The notes beneath the pieces are model-generated. The model was given only the letters and a program-made list of their open reading frames with translations, did no database searches and was not told where the DNA came from. Both the position numbers and the translations under genes were made by a program. Source: an uncultured Gemmatimonadaceae bacterium (GTDB taxonomy: Bacteria; Gemmatimonadota; Gemmatimonadetes; Gemmatimonadales; Gemmatimonadaceae). From it: a stretch of 64,000 nucleotides of DNA. Each line of letters opens with the position of its first letter. The stretch's first letter is position 1. Shown piece after piece: positions 28,972-38,508 of this stretch. The stretch is taken from assembly GCA_963822945.1 (NCBI GenBank), contig CAWGJO010000020.1, positions 320,001 through 384,000 of the forward strand. Direction: 5' to 3'.

Positions 28972-31356
28972 ATGCCGTTGCCGAGACGCACGGTCACGTC
29001 CGCCGCCCACCGGCTCGCGCTCACCGTGGCGATCGCAGGACTCGTCGCGGGCGCCCAGCCCTGCACCGCCGGAGCCCAGGGGACCCGCGACGACTATGCG
29101 CGCGCCGAGCGGTTCCTCGGCCCGAATGCGCAGGAACTGGTGATCGACGACGCCGTGCAGCCCCGCTGGTTCGGTCCCGATCGCTTCTGGTACCGCAACC
29201 GCTCCGACCAGGGCTACGTCTTCATGACCGTCGATGCCACCACCGGCATCCGCCGGCCCGCCTTCGACCAGGCGCGGCTGGCCGCGGCGCTCTCGACGGC
29301 CGCCGACACCGCGTACGACCCGCACGCCCTCCCGTTCCGCGAGATCAAATTCGTCGACGGCGACCGCAGCGTGCGGTTCTCCGTGGGCAAGAACCGCGAA
29401 TGGACGTGCAGCATCGTGACCTACACCTGCGCGGGCCCGGATTCGATCCCGCTCGACACGGTGACCGAGGTCGCGTCGCCCGACGGGAAGTGGGTGGCCT
29501 TCACGCGGGACGACAATCTGTGGGTGCGTGAAACGGCCACCGGTCACGAAGTGCAGCTCACCAACGACGCGGAGCCCGATTACGGATACGCCAAGCCCAC
29601 GGGGTGCTGCGCCCAGGTCACCAGCGTGGTGCGCCACCTGCCGCAGCGACCGGTGCTCGTGTGGTCGCCCGACTCGAAGTACATCGCGACGTACAAGATG
29701 GACGAGCGTCACGTGCGCCGCATGTATCTGCTGGAGACCAAGAGTCCGGCCTTCGTCCTGCACAGCTATCCCTACGCGCTTCCGGGCGACTCGGTGATCC
29801 CGACCTACGACACGTACGTGTTCGATGTGGCGGCGCGACACGGCGTGAAGGTCGATCGCTCGCCCCAGCAGGCCGTGAACACGACCTGCTGTTGGCTCAC
29901 CACGCAGGACAGCGTGGTGAAGGACGTGAAGTGGGATCCCACGGGCGAGCATCTGTTCATGACGTACGGGCACCGGGGCTACCACCAGCTCGATCTGCTG
30001 GACGTGGACCCCGCCACGGGTCACGCCCGCACCGTGCTCACCGAGAAGAGCAAGACGTTCGTCGAGACCAACCTGGCATCGGGTGGCGTGCCCGACTGGC
30101 GCCCGCTGCGCCACGGCCGTGAAGTGATCTGGTTCTCGGAGCGCGACGGCTGGGCCCACCTCTACCTGTACGACGCGCGCACCGGCGCGATGGAGCACCG
30201 GATCACCGGCGGGGCGTGGACGGTGGGCGACGTGCTCCGCGTGGACGAGACCGGAGGCTGGGTCTATTTCACGGCTCGCGGGCGGGAGCCGGGGCGCGAT
30301 CCCTACTTCCGCTTCCTGTACCGCGTGAAACTCGACGGCAGCGGCATGCAGTTGCTGACGCCCGAAGACGCCGACCACGACGTGTCGTTCGCCCCGTCGG
30401 GCGCCGAGTTCCTGGACAACTATTCGCGGCTCGACGCGACGCCGGTGACGGTCGTTCGCCGCGCCGACGGCACGCTCGTTCACGAAGTGCAGAAGGCCGA
30501 CGCGAGCCGCCTGTTCGCCATCGGATGGAAGTATCCGACCCCGATCACCGTCAAGGCGCGTGACGGCATCACCGATCTCTACGGCGTGCTCTACCGCCCG
30601 TCCAACTTCGATTCCACCAAGCGGTATCCGATCATCGACTACATCTATCCCGGCCCACAGACCGGCCCGATCGGCGACCGCACCTTCGCCTCCGCCCTGC
30701 GGAGCAGCAACGCCGCCATGGCGCAGCTCGGATTCTTCGTCGTCGAGATCGACGCCATGGGCACACCCTTCCGGTCCAAGGCGTTTCACGACACGTACTA
30801 CGGCAACATGGGCGACAACGGGATCCCGGACCTCGTCACCGGCATCAAGCAACTGGCGGTCCGCTATCCGCAGATCGACCTGAATCGCGTGGGCATCTAC
30901 GGCCACTCGGGAGGCGGATTCTCCTCGACCGACGCCATGCTCCGCTATCCGGATTTCTTCAAGGTGGCGGTGTCGCGCGCCGGCAATCACGACAACCGCA
31001 GCTATGACTACACGTGGGGCGAGAAGTACCAGGGACTCCTGGTGAAGACCAGTGACAGCACGGACAACTACGACAGCCAGGCCAACCAGCGGCTGGCCGC
31101 CAACCTCAAGGGCAAGCTGCTGATCATGTACGGCACCATGGACGACAACGTGAGCCCCGTGAACTCGCTGTTGCTGATCGATGCCTTGATCAAGGCGAAC
31201 AAGAACTTCGACACCCTCGTGCTCCCGAACCGGAACCACGGCTTCGGCAACGAACCCTACGTCGTGCGGCGAACCTGGGACTACTTCGTCCGGAACCTGC
31301 TGGGAGTGGAGCCGCCCGAAGGCATCGTGCTGCACATGCCGTCGCCCGGCCGGTAG
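28972..31356 (+). CDS. Secreted S9B dipeptidyl peptidase IV-like protein (paralogue of 18416..20789)
   Basis: Signal peptide; WFSERDGWAHLY; IYPGPQ; GHSGGG, DDNV, NHG. Confidence 0.92.
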   Translation: MPLPRRTVTSAAHRLALTVAIAGLVAGAQPCTAGAQGTRDDYARAERFLGPNAQELVIDDAVQPRWFGPDRFWYRNRSDQGYVFMTVDATTGIRRPAFDQARLAAALSTAADTAYDPHALPFREIKFVDGDRSVRFSVGKNREWTCSIVTYTCAGPDSIPLDTVTEVASPDGKWVAFTRDDNLWVRETATGHEVQLTNDAEPDYGYAKPTGCCAQVTSVVRHLPQRPVLVWSPDSKYIATYKMDERHVRRMYLLETKSPAFVLHSYPYALPGDSVIPTYDTYVFDVAARHGVKVDRSPQQAVNTTCCWLTTQDSVVKDVKWDPTGEHLFMTYGHRGYHQLDLLDVDPATGHARTVLTEKSKTFVETNLASGGVPDWRPLRHGREVIWFSERDGWAHLYLYDARTGAMEHRITGGAWTVGDVLRVDETGGWVYFTARGREPGRDPYFRFLYRVKLDGSGMQLLTPEDADHDVSFAPSGAEFLDNYSRLDATPVTVVRRADGTLVHEVQKADASRLFAIGWKYPTPITVKARDGITDLYGVLYRPSNFDSTKRYPIIDYIYPGPQTGPIGDRTFASALRSSNAAMAQLGFFVVEIDAMGTPFRSKAFHDTYYGNMGDNGIPDLVTGIKQLAVRYPQIDLNRVGIYGHSGGGFSSTDAMLRYPDFFKVAVSRAGNHDNRSYDYTWGEKYQGLLVKTSDSTDNYDSQANQRLAANLKGKLLIMYGTMDDNVSPVNSLLLIDALIKANKNFDTLVLPNRNHGFGNEPYVVRRTWDYFVRNLLGVEPPEGIVLHMPSPGR

Positions 31357-31372
31357 GCCGGGGCAAGCGGCT

Positions 31373-31407
31373 CGCGCCGGTCCCGGCTCAGCGCCGGGGC
31401 CGGCGCG
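31373..31407 (+). terminator. Hairpin closing the peptidase locus
   Basis: 15-bp stem CGCGCCGGTCCCGGC / GCCGGGGCCGGCGCG (one G-U), 5-nt loop; no U tract. Confidence 0.45.
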
Positions 31408-31481
31408 CCTGCGCGTCTTGGGGGATATGCTATCTTACCCAGCGACGTGATGACCACCCTCTCCCTTCCCGCCGACCGCCG

Positions 31482-32045
31482 GTGACCGACAAGCAGAAGC
31501 CGTCCGGCCGCCGTCCGCGATCGAAGTCCGGTGCCTCCACCCGAGGATCGGCGCACGGTCACGCCTCCGCGAAATCCGGTCCCGCGGCCAAGTCCGGCCG
31601 CTCGCGGGGCGGCGGCTCGCGCCGGCGCCGGGGCGGACGCGGCCGCAGCACGCAACCACAGGAGACGTCGCTCCCCACGTCGCGCAACGCCTACATGGAA
31701 ACGCGGCGGTGGCTCCTCGCGCAGCACGGTCCGGTGTGCGCCTACTGTGAGCGTCGCGTGGACGCCGATTCGATCACCCTCGACCATGCCACCCCCCGAC
31801 GGGGCAAGACGGCGTACGATCGGCGCGACAACCTGCTCCTCTCGTGTACCGAGTGCAACGCCCGCAAGAAGGATCAGTCGTTCCTCGCGTTCCTGCTCGG
31901 GCACCGCAAGAGCGCGGCGAGCGTCGTGCGCTACGGCCAGCATCTGAGTCCGATGCTGTTGCACATGGCAAAGGAGATCGCGGGGCCCGAAGCCACCGCG
32001 CGCGCGGAACGATTGGCCGATCCGGACTACCCGTACCGCGACTAG
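31482..32045 (+). CDS. HNH endonuclease with Arg/Ser/Gly-rich N-terminal extension
   Basis: CAYC...TLDH.TP...NLLLSCTECNARK; TGCTATCTT extended -10-like element upstream. Confidence 0.85.
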   Translation: MTDKQKPSGRRPRSKSGASTRGSAHGHASAKSGPAAKSGRSRGGGSRRRRGGRGRSTQPQETSLPTSRNAYMETRRWLLAQHGPVCAYCERRVDADSITLDHATPRRGKTAYDRRDNLLLSCTECNARKKDQSFLAFLLGHRKSAASVVRYGQHLSPMLLHMAKEIAGPEATARAERLADPDYPYRD

Positions 32046-32170
32046 CGCCGGGGCGGGCGGCGGTACTCCGCGATGGCGCCGGAGCACCCATCCCTAGCGG
32101 GCGCGCGCCTTCCTCTCCATCATTTCGCATCGAGGAGCGCCCCCACTCATCACCCGCGCGCGGACCTACA

Positions 32171-32644
32171 CTGCAATACACACTCTGGAGTCACGACGAA
32201 TTGCTCGGCTACACGAACCTTGGCACGCCGAGCGACGATCCCGAGCAACAGAGCGGCGTGTTCGAGCCCGAGCCGCCGTTCGAGCGCATCGAGCCGATCC
32301 TCGGCGCGCTCGAACGCGCGATGCGCGAGTTCGAGGCCGACGCACCGCTTCCCACGCCCGACGAGCTCGCGGCGCTCACACGCGAGGAGCAGATTCGCAT
32401 GATTCGCTCGGCGCTCGGCGGCGACTCGGTGGTGCGGCGGGTGGTCGAGTCCCAGCGCGCCGTGGACGCCTTCGCCCTCCATCTGCGGGACGAGCACGAC
32501 CGCGAGGTGCCGACGCAGTTCATCGCCATCCATCGCCTGCCCGACGACATGGCACGGGAACCGGATTTCGCCAACGGTGCTTCCACCTGCGGCCGGGCGC
32601 GCTACGTGCTGGTGGCGCGCCTGGAAGAACGGCCGGCGTCGTGA
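32171..32644 (+). CDS. Hypothetical protein (start uncertain)
   Basis: Open frame QYTLWSHDELLGYTNL...LHLRDEHDREVPTQFIAI with GC3-rich codons; fills the gap between genes. Confidence 0.6.
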   Translation: MQYTLWSHDELLGYTNLGTPSDDPEQQSGVFEPEPPFERIEPILGALERAMREFEADAPLPTPDELAALTREEQIRMIRSALGGDSVVRRVVESQRAVDAFALHLRDEHDREVPTQFIAIHRLPDDMAREPDFANGASTCGRARYVLVARLEERPAS

Positions 32645-32683
32645 TCGCCGCATGCGCCGCCAGCCACTGAACCCGGTCGTGAC

Positions 32684-33283
32684 ATGACCCATTGGGACGA
32701 ACGCTACGCCGAAGCCGAATTCGCATACGGCACCGAGCCGAGCGCCTTTCTCGCCGCCGTCGCCTGCCGGATACCCGACGGACCGGTGCTCTGCCTGGCC
32801 GAGGGCCAGGGGCGCAACGCCGTCTTCCTGTCGCGCATCGGCCATGCGGTCACCGCCGTCGATCAGTCGGCGGTGGGGCTCGGCCGGGCCCGTGAACTGG
32901 CCACCGAGCACGGCGTCACGATCGAGTGCGTGGCCGCCGATCTCGCCCACTTCGAGATCGAGCCCGGCGCCTGGGCCGGCATCGTGTCGATCTGGGCCCA
33001 CCTGCCGCCGGCGCTGCGCGGTGCGGTGAACCGCAAGGCGGTGGCGGGGCTGCGACCCGGTGGCGTGATGGTGGTCGAGGCGTACTCGCCCCGTCAACTC
33101 GAGTTCGGAACCGGCGGCCCGCGCGTTGCCGAATTGCTCGTGCCGCGCGGCGCCCTCGAACAGGAGCTGTCGGGGCTCGAATTCATTCTCGCGCAGGAGG
33201 CCGAGCGCGAGGTCGTCGAGGGCAAGTACCACCGCGGGATGGCCGCCGTGGTGCAGGTTCTGGCCCGGAGGCCCGCCGCCTGA
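32684..33283 (+). CDS. Class I SAM-dependent methyltransferase
   Basis: WDERY...YGTEP; VLCLAEGQGRNA; VTAVD; LRPGG. Confidence 0.88.
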   Translation: MTHWDERYAEAEFAYGTEPSAFLAAVACRIPDGPVLCLAEGQGRNAVFLSRIGHAVTAVDQSAVGLGRARELATEHGVTIECVAADLAHFEIEPGAWAGIVSIWAHLPPALRGAVNRKAVAGLRPGGVMVVEAYSPRQLEFGTGGPRVAELLVPRGALEQELSGLEFILAQEAEREVVEGKYHRGMAAVVQVLARRPAA

Positions 33284-33294
33284 TGCCGCCCCGC

Positions 33295-33786
33295 ATGCCG
33301 AGCATCTACGAGATCGACGTGACGCGCATCGACGGCACGAAGCAGACCCTCGCCGCCTACCGCGGCCAGGTGCTGCTCATCGTGAACGTCGCCAGCAAGT
33401 GCGGCTTCACACCGCAGTACGAGGGCCTCGAGGCGCTGTATCGCAAGCACCGCGATCGCGGCTTTTCCGTGCTCGGGTTTCCCTGCGATCAGTTCGGGCA
33501 CCAGGAGCCGGGGAGCGACGAGGAGATCGCGACGTTCTGCTCCACCACGTACGACGTCACCTTCCCGCTGTTCTCCAAGATCGACGTGAATGGTCCCGAC
33601 GCCCACCCGCTCTACCAACTGCTCAAGTCCGAGCAGGCGGGGGTGCTGGGCACCGAAGCCATCAAGTGGAACTTCACCAAGTTCCTCGTCGCGCGGAGCG
33701 GTCGGGTCGTGAAGCGGTACGCACCCGCCGACCCGCCGGCCAGCCTCGAGGGGGACGTGGCGGCGCAGTTGGCCACCGGCCGATAG
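33295..33786 (+). CDS. Glutathione peroxidase (Cys type)
   Basis: NVASKCGFTPQY, GFPCDQFGHQEPG, WNFTKFLV. Alternative start at 33283. Confidence 0.93.
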   Translation: MPSIYEIDVTRIDGTKQTLAAYRGQVLLIVNVASKCGFTPQYEGLEALYRKHRDRGFSVLGFPCDQFGHQEPGSDEEIATFCSTTYDVTFPLFSKIDVNGPDAHPLYQLLKSEQAGVLGTEAIKWNFTKFLVARSGRVVKRYAPADPPASLEGDVAAQLATGR

Positions 33787-33787
33787 G

Positions 33788-35167
33788 GTGGACCGCCGCG
33801 GCTTCCTGTTGAGCAGCGCGGCGACGGCGGCCGCCGCCGCGATGCCTCGTTCCCGATTCTGGCGGACGGTTGCCACCGCGCCGGGGCCCCTCCCCTCGCC
33901 GGCGCAGCTCGCGTGGCAGCGGGACGAACTGGCGATGTTCTGCCACTTCGGGGTCAACACGTTCACCGACCGGGAGTGGGGTGACGGCACCGAAGATCCG
34001 GCGATCTTCAACCCGACGCGATTCGACGCGGGACAGTGGGCGCGCGCGGCGCGCGCCGCCGGCTTCCGGGCCATGATCCTCACGGCCAAACATCACGACG
34101 GCTTCTGCCTCTGGCCCACCGCGACCACCAAGCATTCCGTCGCTTCGAGTCCGTGGCGCGATGGACGGGGCGACGTGGTGCGCGAGTTCGTGGATGCCTG
34201 CCGGGCCGAAGGATTGCGCCCGGGACTCTACCTGTCGCCATGGGATCGCAACAACCCCGCGTATGGCGACTCACCGCGGTACAACGATCTCTACTGCGAT
34301 CAACTCTCCGAGCTGCTGACGCACTACGGCAAGATCTCCGAAGTGTGGTTCGACGGCGCCAACGGCGAGGGGCCCAACGGAAAGAAGCAGGTGTACGACT
34401 GGCCGCGGTTCTGGGGGCTGGTCCGTCGCCTGCAGCCGGACGCGGTGATGTTCTCCGACGCGGGGCCGGACGTGCGCTGGTGCGGCAATGAGCGCGGCGT
34501 GGCGGGAGATCCGAACTGGTCCACCGTCGATCCGTCCGTGGTCTCGTATCCCGGCGAGAGCGGGCCGCGCGTCACGCCAGAGTTGCAGCACGGCGATCCC
34601 GCCGGAACGGTGTGGCGCCCGGCGGAAGCGGACGTATCGATCCGGCCCGGGTGGTTCTACCACGCAGCCCAGGACGAGCACGTGCGAACGGTGGAATCGC
34701 TCGTCGACCTGTACTTCTCGTCGGTGGGACGGAACTCCAAGCTGCTGCTCAACGTGCCGCCCACGCGCGAGGGATTGCTGTACCATGTGGACGTGGAGCG
34801 CCTGGCGGCGTTCCGCGCGCGGCGTGAGGCGATGTTCGCCGCGGACCTCGCCGCCGGCTCCCGTCCGGCGTGGCGGAGCACCGGCTCCCGGACCGCGACC
34901 GCGGACATCACGCTCGACGCCCCCGCCACGGTTGCGCTGGCCCGTCTGGAGGAGCCGATCGCCCGTGGACAGGCGGTGGCGCGTTACACGTTGTACGGGT
35001 CAGACGGGGACAGGGAGACGTGGCAGCCGCTCGCGCGCGGCACGACGATCGGCTACGCCAAACTCGACCGGTTCGACCCGGTGCGGGTGCGCCGGGTGCG
35101 GCTGGTGATCGAGGATGCCGTGGAAGAGCCGGCGCCGGTGGCGGTGAAGCTCTTCGGCCCGGCGTAG
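33788..35167 (+). CDS. Alpha-L-fucosidase (GH29), Tat-exported
   Basis: DRRGFL signal; HFGVNTF, TAKHHDGFCLWP, YLSPWD, WFDGA, SIRPGWFY, LLLNVPP. Confidence 0.92.
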   Translation: MDRRGFLLSSAATAAAAAMPRSRFWRTVATAPGPLPSPAQLAWQRDELAMFCHFGVNTFTDREWGDGTEDPAIFNPTRFDAGQWARAARAAGFRAMILTAKHHDGFCLWPTATTKHSVASSPWRDGRGDVVREFVDACRAEGLRPGLYLSPWDRNNPAYGDSPRYNDLYCDQLSELLTHYGKISEVWFDGANGEGPNGKKQVYDWPRFWGLVRRLQPDAVMFSDAGPDVRWCGNERGVAGDPNWSTVDPSVVSYPGESGPRVTPELQHGDPAGTVWRPAEADVSIRPGWFYHAAQDEHVRTVESLVDLYFSSVGRNSKLLLNVPPTREGLLYHVDVERLAAFRARREAMFAADLAAGSRPAWRSTGSRTATADITLDAPATVALARLEEPIARGQAVARYTLYGSDGDRETWQPLARGTTIGYAKLDRFDPVRVRRVRLVIEDAVEEPAPVAVKLFGPA

Positions 35168-35210
35168 GGCGCGCTCAGACCGCGCGCCCCCGCCGCGGGT
35201 CGCCAGAGGA

Positions 35211-35621
35211 CTACTTGCTGCGAGCCCTCGCGGACTTGCTGCTCGACTTGCCCGAAGACTTGGCGGCCGGCTTGGCCGCCTTCTTCTTGGCGGACGCCTT
35301 GGCGGCCGGCGCTTCAACCGGCGCTTCCGGGGCCGCGGCCGGAGCGGCCGCCTGGTTGCCCCCGTTCTGCTGCGGACCGCGGCGCCAGTACGGCGTCGCC
35401 GGCGCGGCGCGGCGCGCGAGGAGGTCATCGTAATAGGCGACGATGCGCGTCCGGACCGATTTCTGCGTGTCGCCGGACATGGCGCGGAAGGGCGCATACC
35501 GCTGACGGTCGTCGGTCGAAACGCTGAACCACCACCAGGGTTCATTGCCCAGGGCGTGGGCCTTCTCCACCGAGCAGGTGAAGGTGCGGTCGTTGTCGAC
35601 GAATTCGAATCCTTCTAGCAC
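35211..35621 (-). CDS. Hypothetical protein with Ala/Lys/Pro-rich basic tail
   Basis: Aromatic-rich N-terminal domain (WWWFSVS, RYAPF, RIVAYYD) and tail APAAKASAKKKAAKPAAK. Confidence 0.7.
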   Translation of the reverse strand: MLEGFEFVDNDRTFTCSVEKAHALGNEPWWWFSVSTDDRQRYAPFRAMSGDTQKSVRTRIVAYYDDLLARRAAPATPYWRRGPQQNGGNQAAAPAAAPEAPVEAPAAKASAKKKAAKPAAKSSGKSSSKSARARSK

Positions 35622-35871
35622 ACCCGGTCCTTGTTGAATGCCTCTAAATGTACTCGATTTCTTCCTCCGCCGCCCGCCCCGACCATCCGAAAGTTCTGAA
35701 AGCCGCTGCCGCGCATCGGGTTATGGACACCGGCGCTTGCCGACCAGCGATGACGTGCTCCGGCCGCTCGATCGGGGGCGCCCCCCACCTCCATCCGGGC
35801 GGTGCGATTGACCTCACCGGTCCGCCGGGTGCACTCTAGTGTCGGTCAAACCGAACCGGAGGCCCGTCGTC

Positions 35872-37449
35872 ATGTCCCGCAAGAAGGTTACCCGCCGCGA
35901 ATTCGTGTCCGATGCCGGGAAGTTGGCGCTCGGCGCCATGGTTATTCCGAAGGGATTTCCCACCATCGTGCCGCGGCACGTGTTGGGCGGTCCCGGGTAC
36001 ATCGCTCCCAGCGACCAACTCCAGGTCGCCATCGTCGGATTCGGCGGAATGGGGTCGGTAAACGCACTCGAGCTGTCGAAGACCGAACACATCGTCGCCG
36101 TCTGCGACGTGGATCTCGCCTTCTCGGCGCGCAACGTGGCATCGAAGCTGAAGACGCGTGACGGTGCGGATCGCCCGGACGGGCAGAAGCTCAAGGCGCA
36201 GTTCGACGCCGCCGCGAAGTACACCGATTGGCGTGAGATGCTCGACAAGCAGCACGACATCGAGGGCGTGGTCGTGGCGACGCCGGATCACAACCACGCG
36301 GTGGTGGCCAACGCGGCGATGCTGGCCGGCAAGCACGTGTACGTGCAGAAGCCCCTGACGTACTCGGTGTACGAATCGCGCGTGCTGCGGGCCACCGCGG
36401 CCAAGACCGGCGTCAAGACGCAGATGGGCAACCAGGGACATTCGGGCGACGGGGCGCGACTCATCAACGAGTGGGTACAGGCCGGCGTCATCGGGACGGT
36501 GCGCGAGGCGCACGTCTGGACCAACCGTCCCTGGGGCTACTGGCCGCAGGGGATCTCGCGGCCGGCGAAGGCAACGCCCGAGCAGGCGGCGCGCTTCGGC
36601 AAGAGCTGGAATCAGGGCACGCTGGACGCGATGCTGGCCAACGAGATCGCCGGTCCCTATCCGATGCCCGAGGGTCTCAACTGGCCCATGTACCTGGGGC
36701 CGGTGGCCGAGGACATCGCGTACCATCCGATCTACCACCCGTTCAATTGGCGCGGCTGGACCGATTTCGGGGTCGGCGCCCTGGGCGACATGGGGGCGCA
36801 CCTCATCGATCACCCGTACTGGGCGTTGGGCCTCACGCAGCCGACCAGCATCGAGGCCACCTCGACCCCGTGGGGAACCAGCGTGGTGCCGGCGGCGCCC
36901 GGCGAAACCGGACCGGACGGCAAGCCGGTACGGTCGCACCGCGTGCCGGTCACGTATCCGGTGGCGAAGACCGTGCATTATCACTTTCCGGCCGTGGGCG
37001 ACCGCGGCCCGATCAAGCTGTTCTGGTACGATGGCGGACTCTTCCCGCCGCGCCCCGACGTGCTCCCCGACGAAGTGGAGTTGAAGAGCGACGGCGGCGG
37101 GCTGATCATCGGCGACAAGGGTGTCCTGCACTACGACACCTACGGTGAGAATCCGCGCTGCTACCCCGAATCGCTCATGGACGTGGCGCAGGCCGTGCCG
37201 CAGACGATCCCGCGCATCACGGTGAGCCACGAGCGCAACTGGGCGCTTGCCGCCAAGGGCCTGGCGAAGGAGAGTTCGCCGATCTCGTACGCCTCGCAGC
37301 TCACGGAGACGATGCTGCTGGGCGTGGTGGCTGTGCGCGCCGGCCAGGGAAAGAAGATCTACTACGACGCCGAGAACATGCAGGTGACCAACATGCCGGA
37401 ATTGAACCGGTATCTGAAGCGGGACTTCCGGCCCGGTTGGGCCATCTGA
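35872..37449 (+). CDS. Gfo/Idh/MocA family oxidoreductase, Tat-exported
   Basis: TRREFV signal; [38 protein letters not shown]. Confidence 0.9.
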   Translation: MSRKKVTRREFVSDAGKLALGAMVIPKGFPTIVPRHVLGGPGYIAPSDQLQVAIVGFGGMGSVNALELSKTEHIVAVCDVDLAFSARNVASKLKTRDGADRPDGQKLKAQFDAAAKYTDWREMLDKQHDIEGVVVATPDHNHAVVANAAMLAGKHVYVQKPLTYSVYESRVLRATAAKTGVKTQMGNQGHSGDGARLINEWVQAGVIGTVREAHVWTNRPWGYWPQGISRPAKATPEQAARFGKSWNQGTLDAMLANEIAGPYPMPEGLNWPMYLGPVAEDIAYHPIYHPFNWRGWTDFGVGALGDMGAHLIDHPYWALGLTQPTSIEATSTPWGTSVVPAAPGETGPDGKPVRSHRVPVTYPVAKTVHYHFPAVGDRGPIKLFWYDGGLFPPRPDVLPDEVELKSDGGGLIIGDKGVLHYDTYGENPRCYPESLMDVAQAVPQTIPRITVSHERNWALAAKGLAKESSPISYASQLTETMLLGVVAVRAGQGKKIYYDAENMQVTNMPELNRYLKRDFRPGWAI

Positions 37450-37472
37450 TACACGACTCACTCGAGGAGAAG

Positions 37473-38187
37473 ATGAAGCGATCGATTCGCGCGGCCGGTG
37501 CCGCGGTGGCACTGACGTGGGCCGCCGCGGCGTGTGCGCCCCAAATGCAGCACGCGGGAAACGGCATGGCGCCGGCCGCCGCGCCCGCGTCCGGCGTGGC
37601 ACGACCTGCTGGGCGCCACGTCCATGGACCAGTGGCGCGGCTACCGCGACGAAGTGGACACCGCCTGGCACGTGGCCGACGGCGTCCTCACCAAGGCCGG
37701 TCCGGCAAGCGACATCATCACCCGGACACCATACCGGAATTTCGAGCTCGAATTCGACTGGAAGATCAGCAAGGGCGGCAACTCCGGCGTGTTCTACCGC
37801 GCCACGGAGGAGTACGACCACGTGTACTGGAGCGGGCCGGAGTTCCAGCTCCTCGACGACGCCAACGCGCCCGACGGGAAGAACCGCCTGACCGCGGCCG
37901 GATCCGACTACGCGCTCTATCCGGCGCCGGCCGGCTTCGTGAAGCCCGCCGATGAGTGGAACACGGCCCGCATCGTGGTGAACGGCACCCACGTGGAGCA
38001 CTGGTTGAACGGACACGAGATGGTGGCGTACGATCTGGGCAGCTCCGATTGGACCGACCGTGTGCAGAAGAGCAAATTCTCGGCGTGGCCCGACTACGGG
38101 AAGGCGCCGATCGGCTACATCGGCATTCAGGGGGACCACCCCGGCACCCTGTCGTTGCGCCACATGCGCATCCGGGAGCTGCCGTAG
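37473..38187 (+). CDS. DUF1080 (3-keto-disaccharide hydrolase-like) lipoprotein; apparent frameshift near 37590
   Basis: Lipoprotein signal MKRSIRAAG...AAAC in one frame; NFELEFDWK..GGNSGVFY, EFQLLD, WNTARI, HWLNG, GIQGDH in the next. Confidence 0.85.
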
Positions 38188-38189
38188 GC

Positions 38190-38483
38190 ATGGAGAACAC
38201 CATCGGTCTGGTCATCCTCATGGCGTTCCCGTTCGGGGTCGCCATCGCCGCCCTGCGGGCGGCGATCCGGTGGACGGGCGGCTGGAGAACGGCGGCCGTC
38301 CTTCCGCTGGTGGCGATTGGAGGCGACCTGTTGTTCTCGTACTACTCCGGCGTCGTCGATCCGGCCACGCACCATCTGTGGCCGTTCGAGTTGATGACGG
38401 TGACGGCGATCTGCGCGGTGTTCCTGATCGCCGCCAATTCGCTGCGCAAGGCGACCCTGCAGAAGGAGCGGCCGCCGCAGTAG
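38190..38483 (+). CDS. Small membrane protein (3 hydrophobic segments)
   Basis: MENTIGLVILMAFPF...DPATHHLWPFE; starts 2 bp after the DUF1080 stop. Confidence 0.65.
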   Translation: MENTIGLVILMAFPFGVAIAALRAAIRWTGGWRTAAVLPLVAIGGDLLFSYYSGVVDPATHHLWPFELMTVTAICAVFLIAANSLRKATLQKERPPQ

Positions 38484-38508
38484 GCGCCGGCATCGGCCGG
38501 CGCCCCAC

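Noticed and set aside
31482..32644. HNH as part of an IscB/Cas9-like or restriction system
   Set aside because: No RuvC motifs, repeat array or obvious ncRNA space. The nearby methyltransferase looks like a small-molecule class I enzyme, not a DNA methyltransferase.
33295..33786. Possible selenocysteine glutathione peroxidase
   Set aside because: The active-site codon is TGC (Cys); there is no in-frame TGA.
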